NCBI GenBank assembly: GCA_040285855.1
Contig: JAUFOQ010000013.1
Span: forward strand, 1,054,001 to 1,118,000
Source of the DNA: Eukaryota sp. GEM-RC1
Lineage: Eukaryota
DNA: 64,000 bases
Reading direction: 5' to 3'
The notes under the pieces were generated by a model. The model made no database searches. It saw only the letters and a program-made list of their open reading frames with translations, and was not told where the DNA came from. A program made the translations under genes and the position numbers. Shown piece after piece: positions 49,118 to 59,446 of the stretch. Numbering within the stretch: the stretch's first letter is position 1; the number at the start of each line of letters is the position of its first letter.

Positions 49118-51727
49118 CTAGAGTTGAGCAAATAACTCAACAATTTTCTTCAAATAACGTTGTCCATCATCACTCACAGCAGTGTTATTATACCCAACAG
49201 CAGCTAACTTCAACCCACAATGACGGAGAGAAACAACCTCCATACCTCTACCAGACACGACTCCAGAACAATTCAAATATTTGACTAATTCTAAATATGC
49301 CTTCGATACAGTACCAAAATGGAAAATGAGTTGTCCATCTTCTAAAAGGGAAACATTAGAGAGATCTTCGCATTTCTTGATCTCAGCAAGGAGAGATTGA
49401 CGAAGGGACAGAGTGTATAAATCAGACATATCTGGAAATCTTGCTCCCCAAGTATCGTCATTGTGACCCCAAAGAGCGGAATCCTGCCAAATGTTGACGT
49501 GATCAGAAACTAACGTGAACATTGCATCAGTCGAGGAAGAGTTAATAACTGGCAACAACACCAAGGTTCGAATGACTTTCAACACGGCAAAAACACGGGT
49601 AATATAACCAGTGGCCTTAATTGGAGTGCCGGCATTACTGTTCAAATCTCCGTGTACAGAAACAATAAACTTACCTTCAGATACTTTACAGACACAACAA
49701 TGAAGGTCATAATCAAGCTCAACAGAAACTCCTTTGAAGGGACAAACTGCAGGACCACTCATCAAACCAATAATCACGTCATCATCACTGATTCCGGCAG
49801 CTTCCTTAATTCTGTTAGCTGCTTGAGTTGCAGGTTCAACAAAAGTCTTGTCGAAACAGAGCTCATGGGGGTTGTAAAGACGTTCCTTACTTTCCCTAGG
49901 GACTTCAAGGCTTGGTTCTAAAGGTGGGATAGGTTCAGCAACACACCTAACAATTGTCTTGTAAGCCTGGAAAGCAGCTTGACGGTGGATAAGAGGGATC
50001 TCTGTATACTTGGGAATTATTCCAGCATCATCAAAAAGACCGATATTAGAGCAAATGAATGCAGCTTTACCACCGAGATTTCTAGCGACTTCAACAAATG
50101 ACACATCGTCAACAGTCACGTAATTGCAATCACTCTGCTCAGCAATATTGAACTCAGATGACGTGGGAATCACAGGAGCAACCATGTTAGCTACGTTAGC
50201 AACAACACCAACCCCAGCCACAGCTTCCTTTGGATTAATTAGATCCGCGGAGAGAGGAAAGTCTGGGTCAAAACCAACAGATCTCAAATAACTAGGGTGA
50301 GCAAGGGGGACTGGAACATGGTTAGAAAGAAGAGAAATGTCTTTGGCTAAAACAAGAGAAGCGCTGGAATTGTTATTGTTTACAACAGATCCGAATTGGA
50401 CAAAGGTTTCAGCTCCAGCTAAACGTAGGATAGTAGTTAATAAGGAAATCTCTACAGATTCTAAACCAAAGAGAACGCTTTCGTGGGAAGGTTTAGTAAA
50501 GGTGAGAATAGCAAAGTTGTTCTTTCCATTGTTGTAGATCTTGAGTAGACATTGAGCAGCGGAATAGGAAAGAGTTGGAATCATGTTACCAATCAAATCA
50601 ACGACTTTCATGGAACTAATCAGATTACACTTTCCTAATAGATGAGAAGCCACAGCATCAGTTACTTCACCATATACATTGGAGACAAAGATAGCATGGT
50701 CAACAGAAGAGCCTAGATTGCCGGCAGCTTGTTGGATCTCTGCAACACCTGGCTGACGTTCTCTTTTGACTGCAATGGGCACGTCATCAGAGAAGGAAAC
50801 ACTGTGAATACATGATTTGAAACCTTCTCTTTCAGGAAGTTGCTCTAGCATGGCGGTCATAAAGGCAGAGACACGTACTGAAGCTTCATTAGCAGCTTCA
50901 ACAACTTCTGCGTGGGCTAGAGGTACGGGACTAATACCAGCAGCCAAATTGGAGATAAGTGAAAGCCCAAAGACTTCTAAACCTACAGCATGAGCAGCAA
51001 TAGCTTCAGGAACAGTAGACATTCCATAAGCACTAGCTCCATGGGCCATTCCACGTCTAACTTCAGCAAATGTTTCATAAGAAGGACCACCAGACCACAT
51101 GTAAGTTCCCTTGAAGAGCTTACGGTCAGTAAAGATCTTGGCTCCGTCTTCAGAGGTAACTTCTTGGACTATGGTATCAGCGAGGTCTAGCAGAGTCTTG
51201 GAGTAGATTTGAGAACCTGAAACAAGGGAAGTACCAAATCGAGGATCACCTAGGACTTCCGATTGACCAGAGAGCTTGGTGGCATTGATGTGATCGGTGA
51301 TGGCCATGATGTCACCAGCTTGCATGCCCTCTGCTGAGCCTCCAGCGGCATTTGTGGCGATGTAGTATCGACAACCACACATGGCAGCTAGACGAGGTAG
51401 GAAGCAAGTAGTGTAACCGGGATAGCCTTCATATGCATGAAAACGGCCAGCAAAACACATGATCTTTTTGCCATTGAATTCAGATGCAAAAACGGCTCCG
51501 ATGTGACCTTCAACACCAGTTGGAGGCATACCGATCTTGTCGTACTTGACAAAAGAAGCGTTCTTCTTCTTAAGATCTTCAGCAAATTGGTTTAAACCAG
51601 AGCCAAGTACAAGAGCAGCGAAGAAACCGTCAGGAGCATCAAGTTCATGCTTGATATTATTAGCGACGTTTTCGATGTATGAAAAGTATTCGTTTGTGGT
51701 TTTAGGAATAAATTGGGAGAAGTCCAT
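49118..51727 (-). CDS. PNP: Purine nucleoside phosphorylase with three tandem PNP-like domains
   Basis: Domain 1: LVLGSGL, GHIG, GRFHAYEGY, TNAAGG, DHIN, GPSYETFAE, GMSTVPE, ISNLAAG, HAEV. Domain 3: DHVN..ALWGHNDDTWGARFPDMSDLY. Domain 2 is degenerate. Confidence 0.88.
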   Translation of the reverse strand: MDFSQFIPKTTNEYFSYIENVANNIKHELDAPDGFFAALVLGSGLNQFAEDLKKKNASFVKYDKIGMPPTGVEGHIGAVFASEFNGKKIMCFAGRFHAYEGYPGYTTCFLPRLAAMCGCRYYIATNAAGGSAEGMQAGDIMAITDHINATKLSGQSEVLGDPRFGTSLVSGSQIYSKTLLDLADTIVQEVTSEDGAKIFTDRKLFKGTYMWSGGPSYETFAEVRRGMAHGASAYGMSTVPEAIAAHAVGLEVFGLSLISNLAAGISPVPLAHAEVVEAANEASVRVSAFMTAMLEQLPEREGFKSCIHSVSFSDDVPIAVKRERQPGVAEIQQAAGNLGSSVDHAIFVSNVYGEVTDAVASHLLGKCNLISSMKVVDLIGNMIPTLSYSAAQCLLKIYNNGKNNFAILTFTKPSHESVLFGLESVEISLLTTILRLAGAETFVQFGSVVNNNNSSASLVLAKDISLLSNHVPVPLAHPSYLRSVGFDPDFPLSADLINPKEAVAGVGVVANVANMVAPVIPTSSEFNIAEQSDCNYVTVDDVSFVEVARNLGGKAAFICSNIGLFDDAGIIPKYTEIPLIHRQAAFQAYKTIVRCVAEPIPPLEPSLEVPRESKERLYNPHELCFDKTFVEPATQAANRIKEAAGISDDDVIIGLMSGPAVCPFKGVSVELDYDLHCCVCKVSEGKFIVSVHGDLNSNAGTPIKATGYITRVFAVLKVIRTLVLLPVINSSSTDAMFTLVSDHVNIWQDSALWGHNDDTWGARFPDMSDLYTLSLRQSLLAEIKKCEDLSNVSLLEDGQLIFHFGTVSKAYLELVKYLNCSGVVSGRGMEVVSLRHCGLKLAAVGYNNTAVSDDGQRYLKKIVELFAQL

Positions 51728-52054
51728 GTGTAGGAGTGAGATGTTGGGTATTCAAAAGTGGCAAATTGATCACTATCAGTTGACTTCTATTGACAATACG
51801 AAGAATTGTCTTGACTTATAATGTCCGTCTTTTAAATCATATTTAAAGCTCAAATAATACTCTACTCATGTATGCAATAAGGGTGAGATATATGGTTGTT
51901 GTAGAGAAGATTCTAAACTGACAATTGCAGGTTCAAATACGATTAATACACGATCAATGTTATAATATGAAAAAGGAATGTACAAAAAATACCCCACTCC
52001 ACGAGTTTCACAGCAATTCAATACTGTACCATAATTGGTGGTAGCACAAACAAC

Positions 52055-52384
52055 AAAAGCGGATTTATGTGCGGAGAAAAACACACAAGAAAACAACAAA
52101 TAAAATAACACTATTAAAACAAATTATCAAACGAACTACCTAATTCCGAAAAGTAGTTGCCTCCAAACAACTTGGACAAAATGGAATCAACATATCTATA
52201 CATAGACCTAAAAAATTAAAAAAGCAAATTTACTCTTCCAGTACGATCTGTTAAACTTCTTGTCAAATTCTGAACACAAATTTTCAAATAAATCTAAAAA
52301 CTCCTTGGTAGAAGAACCCAAATTACAGTATAAAGAAACTGCAAAAGGCTGAAAGACGATATTATTGTGTCTTCGTGAATTCAA
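52055..52384 (-). mobile_element. Second copy of the 25049-25383 LINE 3' fragment
   Basis: Reverse complement nearly identical; same 5' start TTGAATTCACGAAGAC and same CACATAAATCCG end. Confidence 0.85.
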
Positions 52385-52471
52385 AATAATGCCAAACATA
52401 ATCATATACATGTAGATTAAATAAACTCACAGGACACATCACCAATACAAAAGCAAAATACAATATCTACA

Positions 52472-53683
52472 TCACGAATAAATCATAAAGAAATCATCTG
52501 CTTCCTTTTCAGAATCCAAAACAGGCTTAAAGTCCAAAATAATCACGTCATCAAACCCCTCATTCTTGGAAGGTTCTTCAAACTTCTTAAAGAACGTATG
52601 AACAGCTACTGGCGGGACAGACCGTCCACCTTTACATTTCCTTATAGAATTCAAATGAGCACAAACCTGTTTGGAGGCCTTAATGACTACAGAAACAATT
52701 GGAATACCGTGTTGTTTTGCAACTTCAATGAACGGCTCTCTGCTGGAAACAGAAGGACTAGTATTATCCACTACAACAGTCTTCTTTGATTCTACATGAG
52801 TTTCGAGTGTGGACATCACCTTTGCTGGAGTTTTGAGCTGATCACGTGATACTGAGACAAAACCATTGGAGAGAAAAGATCTCGCAACCAGAGATGACTT
52901 ACCAGAAGCTGGTGGGCCTGTAATCACGATTATTTTCTGATCTCTACTTTCAATCAAACTGCCAAGGTCATAATCATTGGACAGATTCCTCTCAAAATGA
53001 TTAGAAGGGTCATAACCAAAGGAAAAACTAGTCGAGACTGGTTCATTCAGAAAGAATTCTTCAGGAGTATAAAACTTCAACCCACAATTCTGAGCAAATG
53101 CTCGATCAGAGGCTGAGAAGTCAGTTTTCTTCTTAGTATCAGGGTCAAACCTTCCTGCTGCGTCACCAACATAGAAAGAGTTCTCCTTGTCAATGTCCAC
53201 GTTGAACTGTTGGGATAGAGAACGTAGCATTGCTGGACAAGGCTTTCTAAACTTGTCAGAGTCTAACGCACAGTACACGGCGAATGGCAGATCCAGAATG
53301 GACAATAGCGAGTCAATTCTGGATTGGAGAGATTGAAGAGTGAGTTTTTTAGAGGAAACCCCGAGTTGATTGGAGAAGATGACGAGAGAGAATCCATCGG
53401 AGTGTAGTTGATTGAGTTTGGTAGGAATGGATGGGTGGAAGAGAAGGAAATCATCAGCGCTTTTAGCAAACTTAGCACCACTTTTTGTATTGATTAAAGT
53501 ACCATCTAAGTCAAAGGAAGCTATTTTAGAGGTGGGAAGCCAATTGTCAGGAAAACGCATAGCGAGTGATCCTTCAACTTTCCATGAATGTGTATCAATT
53601 TTAGACTGTTTTATGTTTAAACCAGCCGAAGTAAGAGAAAGCTTAGACTGTGTTGCTGTACGTTTGCGGTTGCGAGTTTGCAT
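52472..53683 (-). CDS. PNKP: Bifunctional polynucleotide kinase 3'-phosphatase
   Basis: HAD motifs FDLDGTL, FSNQ, RKP, YVGDAAGR, DFSASDR; kinase P-loop GPPASGKS, VVVDNT. Likely ATG at 53683. Confidence 0.93.
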   Translation of the reverse strand: MQTRNRKRTATQSKLSLTSAGLNIKQSKIDTHSWKVEGSLAMRFPDNWLPTSKIASFDLDGTLINTKSGAKFAKSADDFLLFHPSIPTKLNQLHSDGFSLVIFSNQLGVSSKKLTLQSLQSRIDSLLSILDLPFAVYCALDSDKFRKPCPAMLRSLSQQFNVDIDKENSFYVGDAAGRFDPDTKKKTDFSASDRAFAQNCGLKFYTPEEFFLNEPVSTSFSFGYDPSNHFERNLSNDYDLGSLIESRDQKIIVITGPPASGKSSLVARSFLSNGFVSVSRDQLKTPAKVMSTLETHVESKKTVVVDNTSPSVSSREPFIEVAKQHGIPIVSVVIKASKQVCAHLNSIRKCKGGRSVPPVAVHTFFKKFEEPSKNEGFDDVIILDFKPVLDSEKEADDFFMIYS

Positions 53684-53696
53684 AAGATTAAACTGT

Positions 53697-55775
53697 ATGA
53701 TAGAGAAAAAGTCAGCTGATAAAATAGAAAGAGAACGTGTAAGTTCACTGAAGCAATTTTTCAGAAGTTTGTCAACAACCATCACTTTGCATGCCTCATC
53801 TTCCAGCTCGTCTTTTGTTGAAAAGAGGTATGCTCTGCAGGCAGATTCTCCTATAACTCCTCATGATACGAGTCAAATGCATCCTAATCTACCCAAACAA
53901 TCCTCTACAGTTTCTCTATCTCCAAGAACTGTAAGTCCTAAGAAAGTCAGTCCTTCTACAAACATAGCTTCAGAAAATGAAGAAACAGATCGTCCTGTAA
54001 CTCCACCACCCCCAACTACTGACTCTACTGAATCCAAACCTCTCGAAACTCCTGAATATCACCGTGAAGCTGCTCCGCCTACTCCAGTCCCAGAGAAACC
54101 TAAAGATAAGCCTAAAACCCCTCGAGGAAGGAGGAAATCTACTACTAAAGTTAAACCAGACTCCTCACCTTCATCTGTTGTTAACCTTTCTGACTACATT
54201 GTCACAACTACCTTTACCAGATCCCAAGCACGTGCTCTAAGTACAGACAGAGTTCCCTCAGGTCGAGACTCAACCTCAATGGCTGACCTTTTGGATACGT
54301 CTGTTACTAACAACATTCTAACTAGTCTGAAGTATGGGGGTAAGAAGAAGAAGAAAGAAGAAGTCTATTGTACATGTCGACGTCCTTTCTTTGGAGTCAT
54401 GGTTTGCTGCGATGTTTGTGATGAATGGTTTCACATTGAGTGTGTTGGTTTATCAGAGGATGATGCTAACAAGGCAGATGAGTGGGAGTGTAAGATGTGT
54501 TTAAAGAAGAAGGAGATCAAACAGATTGAGGAGATGAAGGAAGAAGAAGAGAGGAGGCGGAAGGAGGAGGCAAAGAGGAAGGAAGATTTGGAGAAGTTGG
54601 GAGATGCCGGCAAACGAAGACGATCTTCACTAGGAGGCCCAGAGGCTAAAACTGACAGAACAGCTTCCTCATCTGATGACGTGGCAGATGAGAAACATCA
54701 CGTGATACTCCCAGTAACTCCAGCTACTGAACCCGTGGTGATATCTCCTCCCAGTGTTGTTGAAGAGACTGTAGAAGAGGAAGAGGAAGTTGTTGTGAAA
54801 GAAGAGGTGATAGAGTTACCAATGTGTACCAACGAATCTTGTTCTAATTCAGTCAAGGTAGATTCGTCGTTTTGTTCAAAGAATTGTGGATATGTATATG
54901 TTCAAAAGACAATGTCGTCGAGTAAGTTTGTTGATGATTCTGGATTTGACTTACCTGCTGTAGTTGAGGAAGTTAAGCCAGTAGAGAAGACAAAAGTTAC
55001 TTCTGTGCCAGTGGTTGATTTAAATAAGGAAGTTCCCACTCAGCCGCAATCAGAAGAGACCAAAATCGAAGGTGATACTGAGCCAGTTAAAGTTGATTCT
55101 AATGAGCAAGTTCCCACTCAATCACAGTTGGAGGAGACCAAAATGGAAGGTGATACTGAGCCAGTTAAAGTTGATTCTAATGAGCAAGTTCCCACTCAAT
55201 CACAGTTGGAGGAGACCAAAATGGAAGGTGATACTGAGCCAGTTAAAGTTGATTCTAATGAGCAAGTTCCCACTCAATCACAGTTGGAGGAGACCAAAAT
55301 GGAAGGTGATACTGAGCCAGTCAAAGTTGATTCTAATGAGCAAGTTTCCACTCAATCACAGTTGGAAGAGACCAAAATGGAAGGTGATACCTCTGAGCCC
55401 ATTCATTCAGAACCACTGTCAAAAGAAGAAATCCAACAACAAGATTCAAATGATATCAACGAAGTAGCTCGAATCCAAGCTGAAATGATTGACCTCGAAA
55501 TCAAGAAAAACCAACTGAACAACCGCAAGATCCACCTCGATTCTCTCATGTACAAGGTAGAAATGCTGCGGAAAGAGGATCCTGATCTGTGTGGAGTAGA
55601 AGTTAGTGATGGTTCAATGTGTATGAAGTCGAATTGTACTGAGCATGCTAGCATTGCGTTCTTAAGAAATGAAGTTGTTTCAGGGTTGGAAAAGGCGGAT
55701 GATGACGTTGCTCAATTGAAGCTATTATCGGAGCAGCTACAGTCGCGGTTATTAACTAGGATTCTAAGGCAATGA
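53697..55775 (+). CDS. PHD finger protein, Spp1/CFP1 (COMPASS)-like
   Basis: PHD YCTCRRP..MVCCDVCDEWFHIECVGL..WECKMC; CTNESC..SSFCSKNCG and C-terminal LCG..C.K..C.EH as in Spp1/CFP1. Start is 53697 or 53877. Confidence 0.75.
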   Translation: MIEKKSADKIERERVSSLKQFFRSLSTTITLHASSSSSSFVEKRYALQADSPITPHDTSQMHPNLPKQSSTVSLSPRTVSPKKVSPSTNIASENEETDRPVTPPPPTTDSTESKPLETPEYHREAAPPTPVPEKPKDKPKTPRGRRKSTTKVKPDSSPSSVVNLSDYIVTTTFTRSQARALSTDRVPSGRDSTSMADLLDTSVTNNILTSLKYGGKKKKKEEVYCTCRRPFFGVMVCCDVCDEWFHIECVGLSEDDANKADEWECKMCLKKKEIKQIEEMKEEEERRRKEEAKRKEDLEKLGDAGKRRRSSLGGPEAKTDRTASSSDDVADEKHHVILPVTPATEPVVISPPSVVEETVEEEEEVVVKEEVIELPMCTNESCSNSVKVDSSFCSKNCGYVYVQKTMSSSKFVDDSGFDLPAVVEEVKPVEKTKVTSVPVVDLNKEVPTQPQSEETKIEGDTEPVKVDSNEQVPTQSQLEETKMEGDTEPVKVDSNEQVPTQSQLEETKMEGDTEPVKVDSNEQVPTQSQLEETKMEGDTEPVKVDSNEQVSTQSQLEETKMEGDTSEPIHSEPLSKEEIQQQDSNDINEVARIQAEMIDLEIKKNQLNNRKIHLDSLMYKVEMLRKEDPDLCGVEVSDGSMCMKSNCTEHASIAFLRNEVVSGLEKADDDVAQLKLLSEQLQSRLLTRILRQ
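55014..55390 (+). repeat. Coding 78-bp tandem repeat, ~4.8 copies
   Basis: Unit QVPTQSQLEETKMEGDTEPVKVDSNE; the Val codon (GTT) recurs at 55032, 55110, 55188, 55266 and 55344. Confidence 0.95.
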
Positions 55776-56100
55776 AGTTTTGGGGAATTTTTGTATTTTA
55801 CTCGCTATAAATAACATTTAGCTGTGTTCTCAAATTTTAAGAATAGAATTTATGTATTGACACAACGAAACTGAATATAAATAAAGACTATTAATCGAAC
55901 TACTCAAATCTGACAAATAGTCATAATTGAACAACTTGGACAATAAGGAAATAACATATCTATATATCAACTTGAAAAGAGAAGTTGGAAGTATAGACCT
56001 CCAACTAATATTTCAAAAACTGTTCATGTAGATTGTTGAAAAATGAAACATAAATAATATTTCAAAAATGGGTGATTTATTTCTATTATGTACATTTCAA

Positions 56101-57381
56101 TCACTCATACACTACTTTAACTCCATTAAGAGAATCCTTAGCAAGGGTCAAAAAGTGACGTAAACACACAGACAACAACGACGAATTATAGAAGTTATCA
56201 GAAGAACCTGAATGATAGGAAACTAGAAACTTGTACAAGAGTCCAGCAGTCTCATCACGAACTTCTTGAGAAATCAAATCTGACAAACAACTTTCTTGAG
56301 GGTCATCATAAACCAATAGACCAGTGAGCTCAGAAATACGTGGCAATGACGTGACTTCTTCTGAAATCAACCATTGATCCCAATCATTCTGTAATAACGT
56401 GCGTGCTAGGAAAAGAGCTTTGTCAACGTTTTTTCGTCTGACTTCTTCTAGAAAAACTTGCATTTTGAGCCTCAAAAGAGCGGCAGATTTGCCATGAACT
56501 CTCATTAACTCCTCATCCTCTGACAACGTGGCAAATGCAAGCTCAGAATTACCCGCCCTAATTGCTGACGTCACCATCGTCCTACAATTAATGAGCTCCA
56601 CTTGATTGCTAATCTGTTTCTCACTATAACCCAAAGCTTGACACATTGACTGGAATGAATCAGGTAGAGATCTCTGATACAGATAGTCCAGCACAAGTAA
56701 AGGTGCAGCAACCATTGAGTTCTTGTGGATAGCTGATGAAGTAGCGAAAAGTTTATCAAAAACAGTGATTTTGCATTGTTCAATAAAACCATCAACATCA
56801 AATTGAAAAGGTCCTGCAAAGTTAACCTTGACTCGTTCATCAGGAGAATGTAAGCCCACAGATGGATAGAATTTGATATCATCTCGTGGCCTGATTGATT
56901 TTGACCCAACTATTCGACCGTTCTTCACGAATATGAGCTTGCCTTCTGATGGAATGAAGCCCATGCCAATTATGTCTCCTTGGGTTGCTTTCTCGTAGAA
57001 GTCGGATCCAGAACCACTTTGAGCAAAGAGACGGCCATCGTCAGCGTGGTAGGCGTATGAGTCTGCATTCCAACCAGGATGTCTGTTGAAGTTGTATACT
57101 TCTGGGATTATGCCAATAGCTACTGCACATATGAGTCCTTTGTTGAGAATTGTTAGTTCAAAGTAGTAAAGAAATGATTGGGACGGTATGGGTTTATCTG
57201 CTCGTAGACAAGCAACATCAGAGCTGGAATCACCTACACCAGTGTAAGTAAAATCAAGACCATCGGCACTCAATGAAGAAAACTGAAGAGCTGAGGAATT
57301 AGAAGAGAGTCGTGTAGGTAGTAAATCTGTAGGACAAGGTTCCAGAGTTAGAAGGGAGTGAATAAGAGTGGGAGAAGACAT
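56101..57381 (-). CDS. RanBP9/10 (Gid1)-like SPRY-LisH-CTLH-CRA protein
   Basis: RADKPIP, YYFELTI, PGWNADSYAYHADDG, GDIIGMG, YPSVGLHSP, VNF..PFQFD; CTLH-like AIRAGN..A and LRLKMQVFLE. Confidence 0.88.
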   Translation of the reverse strand: MSSPTLIHSLLTLEPCPTDLLPTRLSSNSSALQFSSLSADGLDFTYTGVGDSSSDVACLRADKPIPSQSFLYYFELTILNKGLICAVAIGIIPEVYNFNRHPGWNADSYAYHADDGRLFAQSGSGSDFYEKATQGDIIGMGFIPSEGKLIFVKNGRIVGSKSIRPRDDIKFYPSVGLHSPDERVKVNFAGPFQFDVDGFIEQCKITVFDKLFATSSAIHKNSMVAAPLLVLDYLYQRSLPDSFQSMCQALGYSEKQISNQVELINCRTMVTSAIRAGNSELAFATLSEDEELMRVHGKSAALLRLKMQVFLEEVRRKNVDKALFLARTLLQNDWDQWLISEEVTSLPRISELTGLLVYDDPQESCLSDLISQEVRDETAGLLYKFLVSYHSGSSDNFYNSSLLSVCLRHFLTLAKDSLNGVKVVYE

Positions 57382-57746
57382 TTTATTAGGAGCTAAAAAA
57401 GTAAAACCGAACGGTTTGTTGAATCAACAGCTGTCTTATGAGTACTTACTTAAAATGTGAAGAGAAATGATTACTCATATCGATTATGAGATACAACCAG
57501 TATTGATTGAATTGTGAAAAATATTTCGTGCCTAACTCATAGTCTTTTGAGGAACCTGACAAATAGAAATACCAATGTTAATATATGAAACATTATGCTA
57601 TTTTAAAAACAACTACATGTATTAGGTCTGCATTAGTAGTCTATGGTGTCCTAAACAGGTCAAAAGCGAATTATCGAGATTCATACATAGAAATATTTGC
57701 AGTGTTAGTCAGATTAGGGCCTACGGAAAAATATTTGTATTTAAAT

Positions 57747-58369
57747 CAGGCCCTCTCATAAGATAATTTAAAATAATTTGAACATCACAAAGTGCCAAAA
57801 ATCAATGTGAAATAAATATAATTAAAACAAAATAAAACACAAATATAAGCAAAATATTATTATACAAGTCTTAGTTCAAGTCATTGTAAGATAAACCAGT
57901 TCATTGGCTCGTCTAAATGACCTTTTTCTTCTTATGTTTGATCCAATATTGTCATTTCATCGAGACCATGAAGATCGATCAGCATTTTAGTTGCTATAAA
58001 GTTTCTTTCGTTCACTCCTAAAGAATAGGTGGATTGGATGAGAAAACCGCTTCATCAACATCTACTAATCCGTTGTAGGAAATTTTGACAGTTTCATTGA
58101 AATGAGCACAATTTTCGTTAATGTTGATGATTCTGACAGGACCAGTTGGCACGCGTTCATTTTGACTATGATCTAAAAGAGAGTTTTGCACTTAGATTGA
58201 GTATAAAGGACCTCAAGTGTATGGATAAACGAAAGAGATTCTATTTATTTTTATTTATATTTTGTTTTATTTTGTTGTATTTGCATGATCGCCAAAAAGG
58301 CTCAAAAATAAATATAAATAGAAATAAATAGAAATAAATAGAATTTATATTTATTTATGAGGAGCCCTG
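57747..58369. mobile_element. hAT-type MITE nested in 57715-59224
   Basis: Imperfect TIR CAGGCCCTCTCATAA / TTATGAGGAGCCCTG; 8-bp TSD ATTTAAAT (57739-57746 and 58370-58377). Confidence 0.85.
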
Positions 58370-58676
58370 ATTTAAATATTTCAAATAAATAATGATATTT
58401 AATTTATTTTTTCAACTAGAAGATGGGTTTCTCTATTATTTATTTTATGAAAACAGAAAATAAAAAATTACATTGTATTTATATATTCTTTTGTTCTTTC
58501 CCGTAGTTCAGTTGGTACCAAAATAAGAAGCTCCCTCCCAAAGAGATGGCCCTCTACTACTTTCGGAAAATGAATCCCCAGGCAGACGAAGTTCCTGATG
58601 GTAAAGTCGGCTAGAAAATGTAGCCTTTTCCTCAATGTACTGCTTATACTGCTGAAAATGCCATATTCTTCACTCG

Positions 58677-59068
58677 ATGACATTTGAAACTGCTATCGTC
58701 AAAGTTTTGAAGACACAGGAAGTGGAATTAACTACAGCTGAGAAGGATACACTTCTTAAATTTGAAAAAGCGCCTTCTGATATCGCACTGGAGTCAGTAG
58801 ATATCCAATCTGATTTGAACAATTCTGCTCTTCGAAGGCAAAATGCGTCAGGTTATACAGACCTTTCATTCATCCCGGGTACTTCCAATGACTGTGAAAG
58901 ACTGTTTTCAGCTGTACGGCGAACTATTGGTGAACATCGTTTTGGTTTGACTGCTGGCCATTAGAAAAACAACTTTTCCTACACTATAACCGTTCTTTCT
59001 GGAACACTGAAACTTTGAGGAAAGTTATAAGAAACAAAAAGTCAGCAGAAGTAGTCGTTCTATTGTAA
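58677..59068 (+). pseudogene. hAT transposase C-terminal (dimerisation domain) fragment
   Basis: FETAIVKV, FIPGTSNDCERLFS..R..L..H|LEKQLFLHYNRSFW matches the hATC motif. Confidence 0.8.
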
Positions 59069-59232
59069 GAATACATTTGTAAAGTGTCATAATATTTTTG
59101 TCTTAATGGTATAAATAATTTAAATAATTGCAATTATATATTTTCTTCATCTGCAATAACTCATATTTATTTATTCAAGAGAAAGTTTGCCATATTTTAT
59201 TTAAATATCTTTCCGTAGGCCTTGAGTCAGAT

Positions 59233-59446
59233 GTCCAGACGTTAAAAGATTGGCACAGGCAAAACAGTCTTTAAATTCATAGGACACGCATTTTTAGACA
59301 GAATTTTTGACTGTCAATTTACTGTACCTACTGTGAATTTCATTCCAAATGCATAAGGGCATAACCCTTCACATTTTCATGAGATAAACCACAGTTGACA
59401 AAGTCCTCATTCGCAAAGTCTTTTAAGACGAGCTAACTTCATAGAT
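59233..59446 (-). ncRNA. Candidate Fanzor omegaRNA scaffold
   Basis: Non-coding segment directly 3' of the Fanzor stop. It contains a ~97-nt imperfect hairpin (59309-59405) with stacked helices GAC/GTC, TGTCAA/TTGACA, CTGTG/CACAG, AAATG/CATTT and AAGGG/CCCTT. Confidence 0.5.

Larger units (their letters stand above)
57715..59224 (+). mobile_element. Internally deleted hAT transposon
   Basis: TIR TAGGGCCTACGGAAAAATATTT / AAATATCTTTCCGTAGGCCTTG; 8-bp TSD AGTCAGAT (57707-57714 and 59225-59232). Confidence 0.92.

Noticed and set aside
53412..53785. Long antisense overlap of PNKP and the PHD gene
   Set aside because: It arises from non-ATG starts in the ORF track; the ATGs at 53683 and 53697/53877 do not overlap.
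53828..53840. 13-nt GTATGC...CAG micro-intron
   Set aside because: Its removal does not join the upstream ATG to the PHD reading frame.
55014..55390. CRISPR-like array
   Set aside because: Contiguous 78-bp in-frame coding repeats with no unique spacers.
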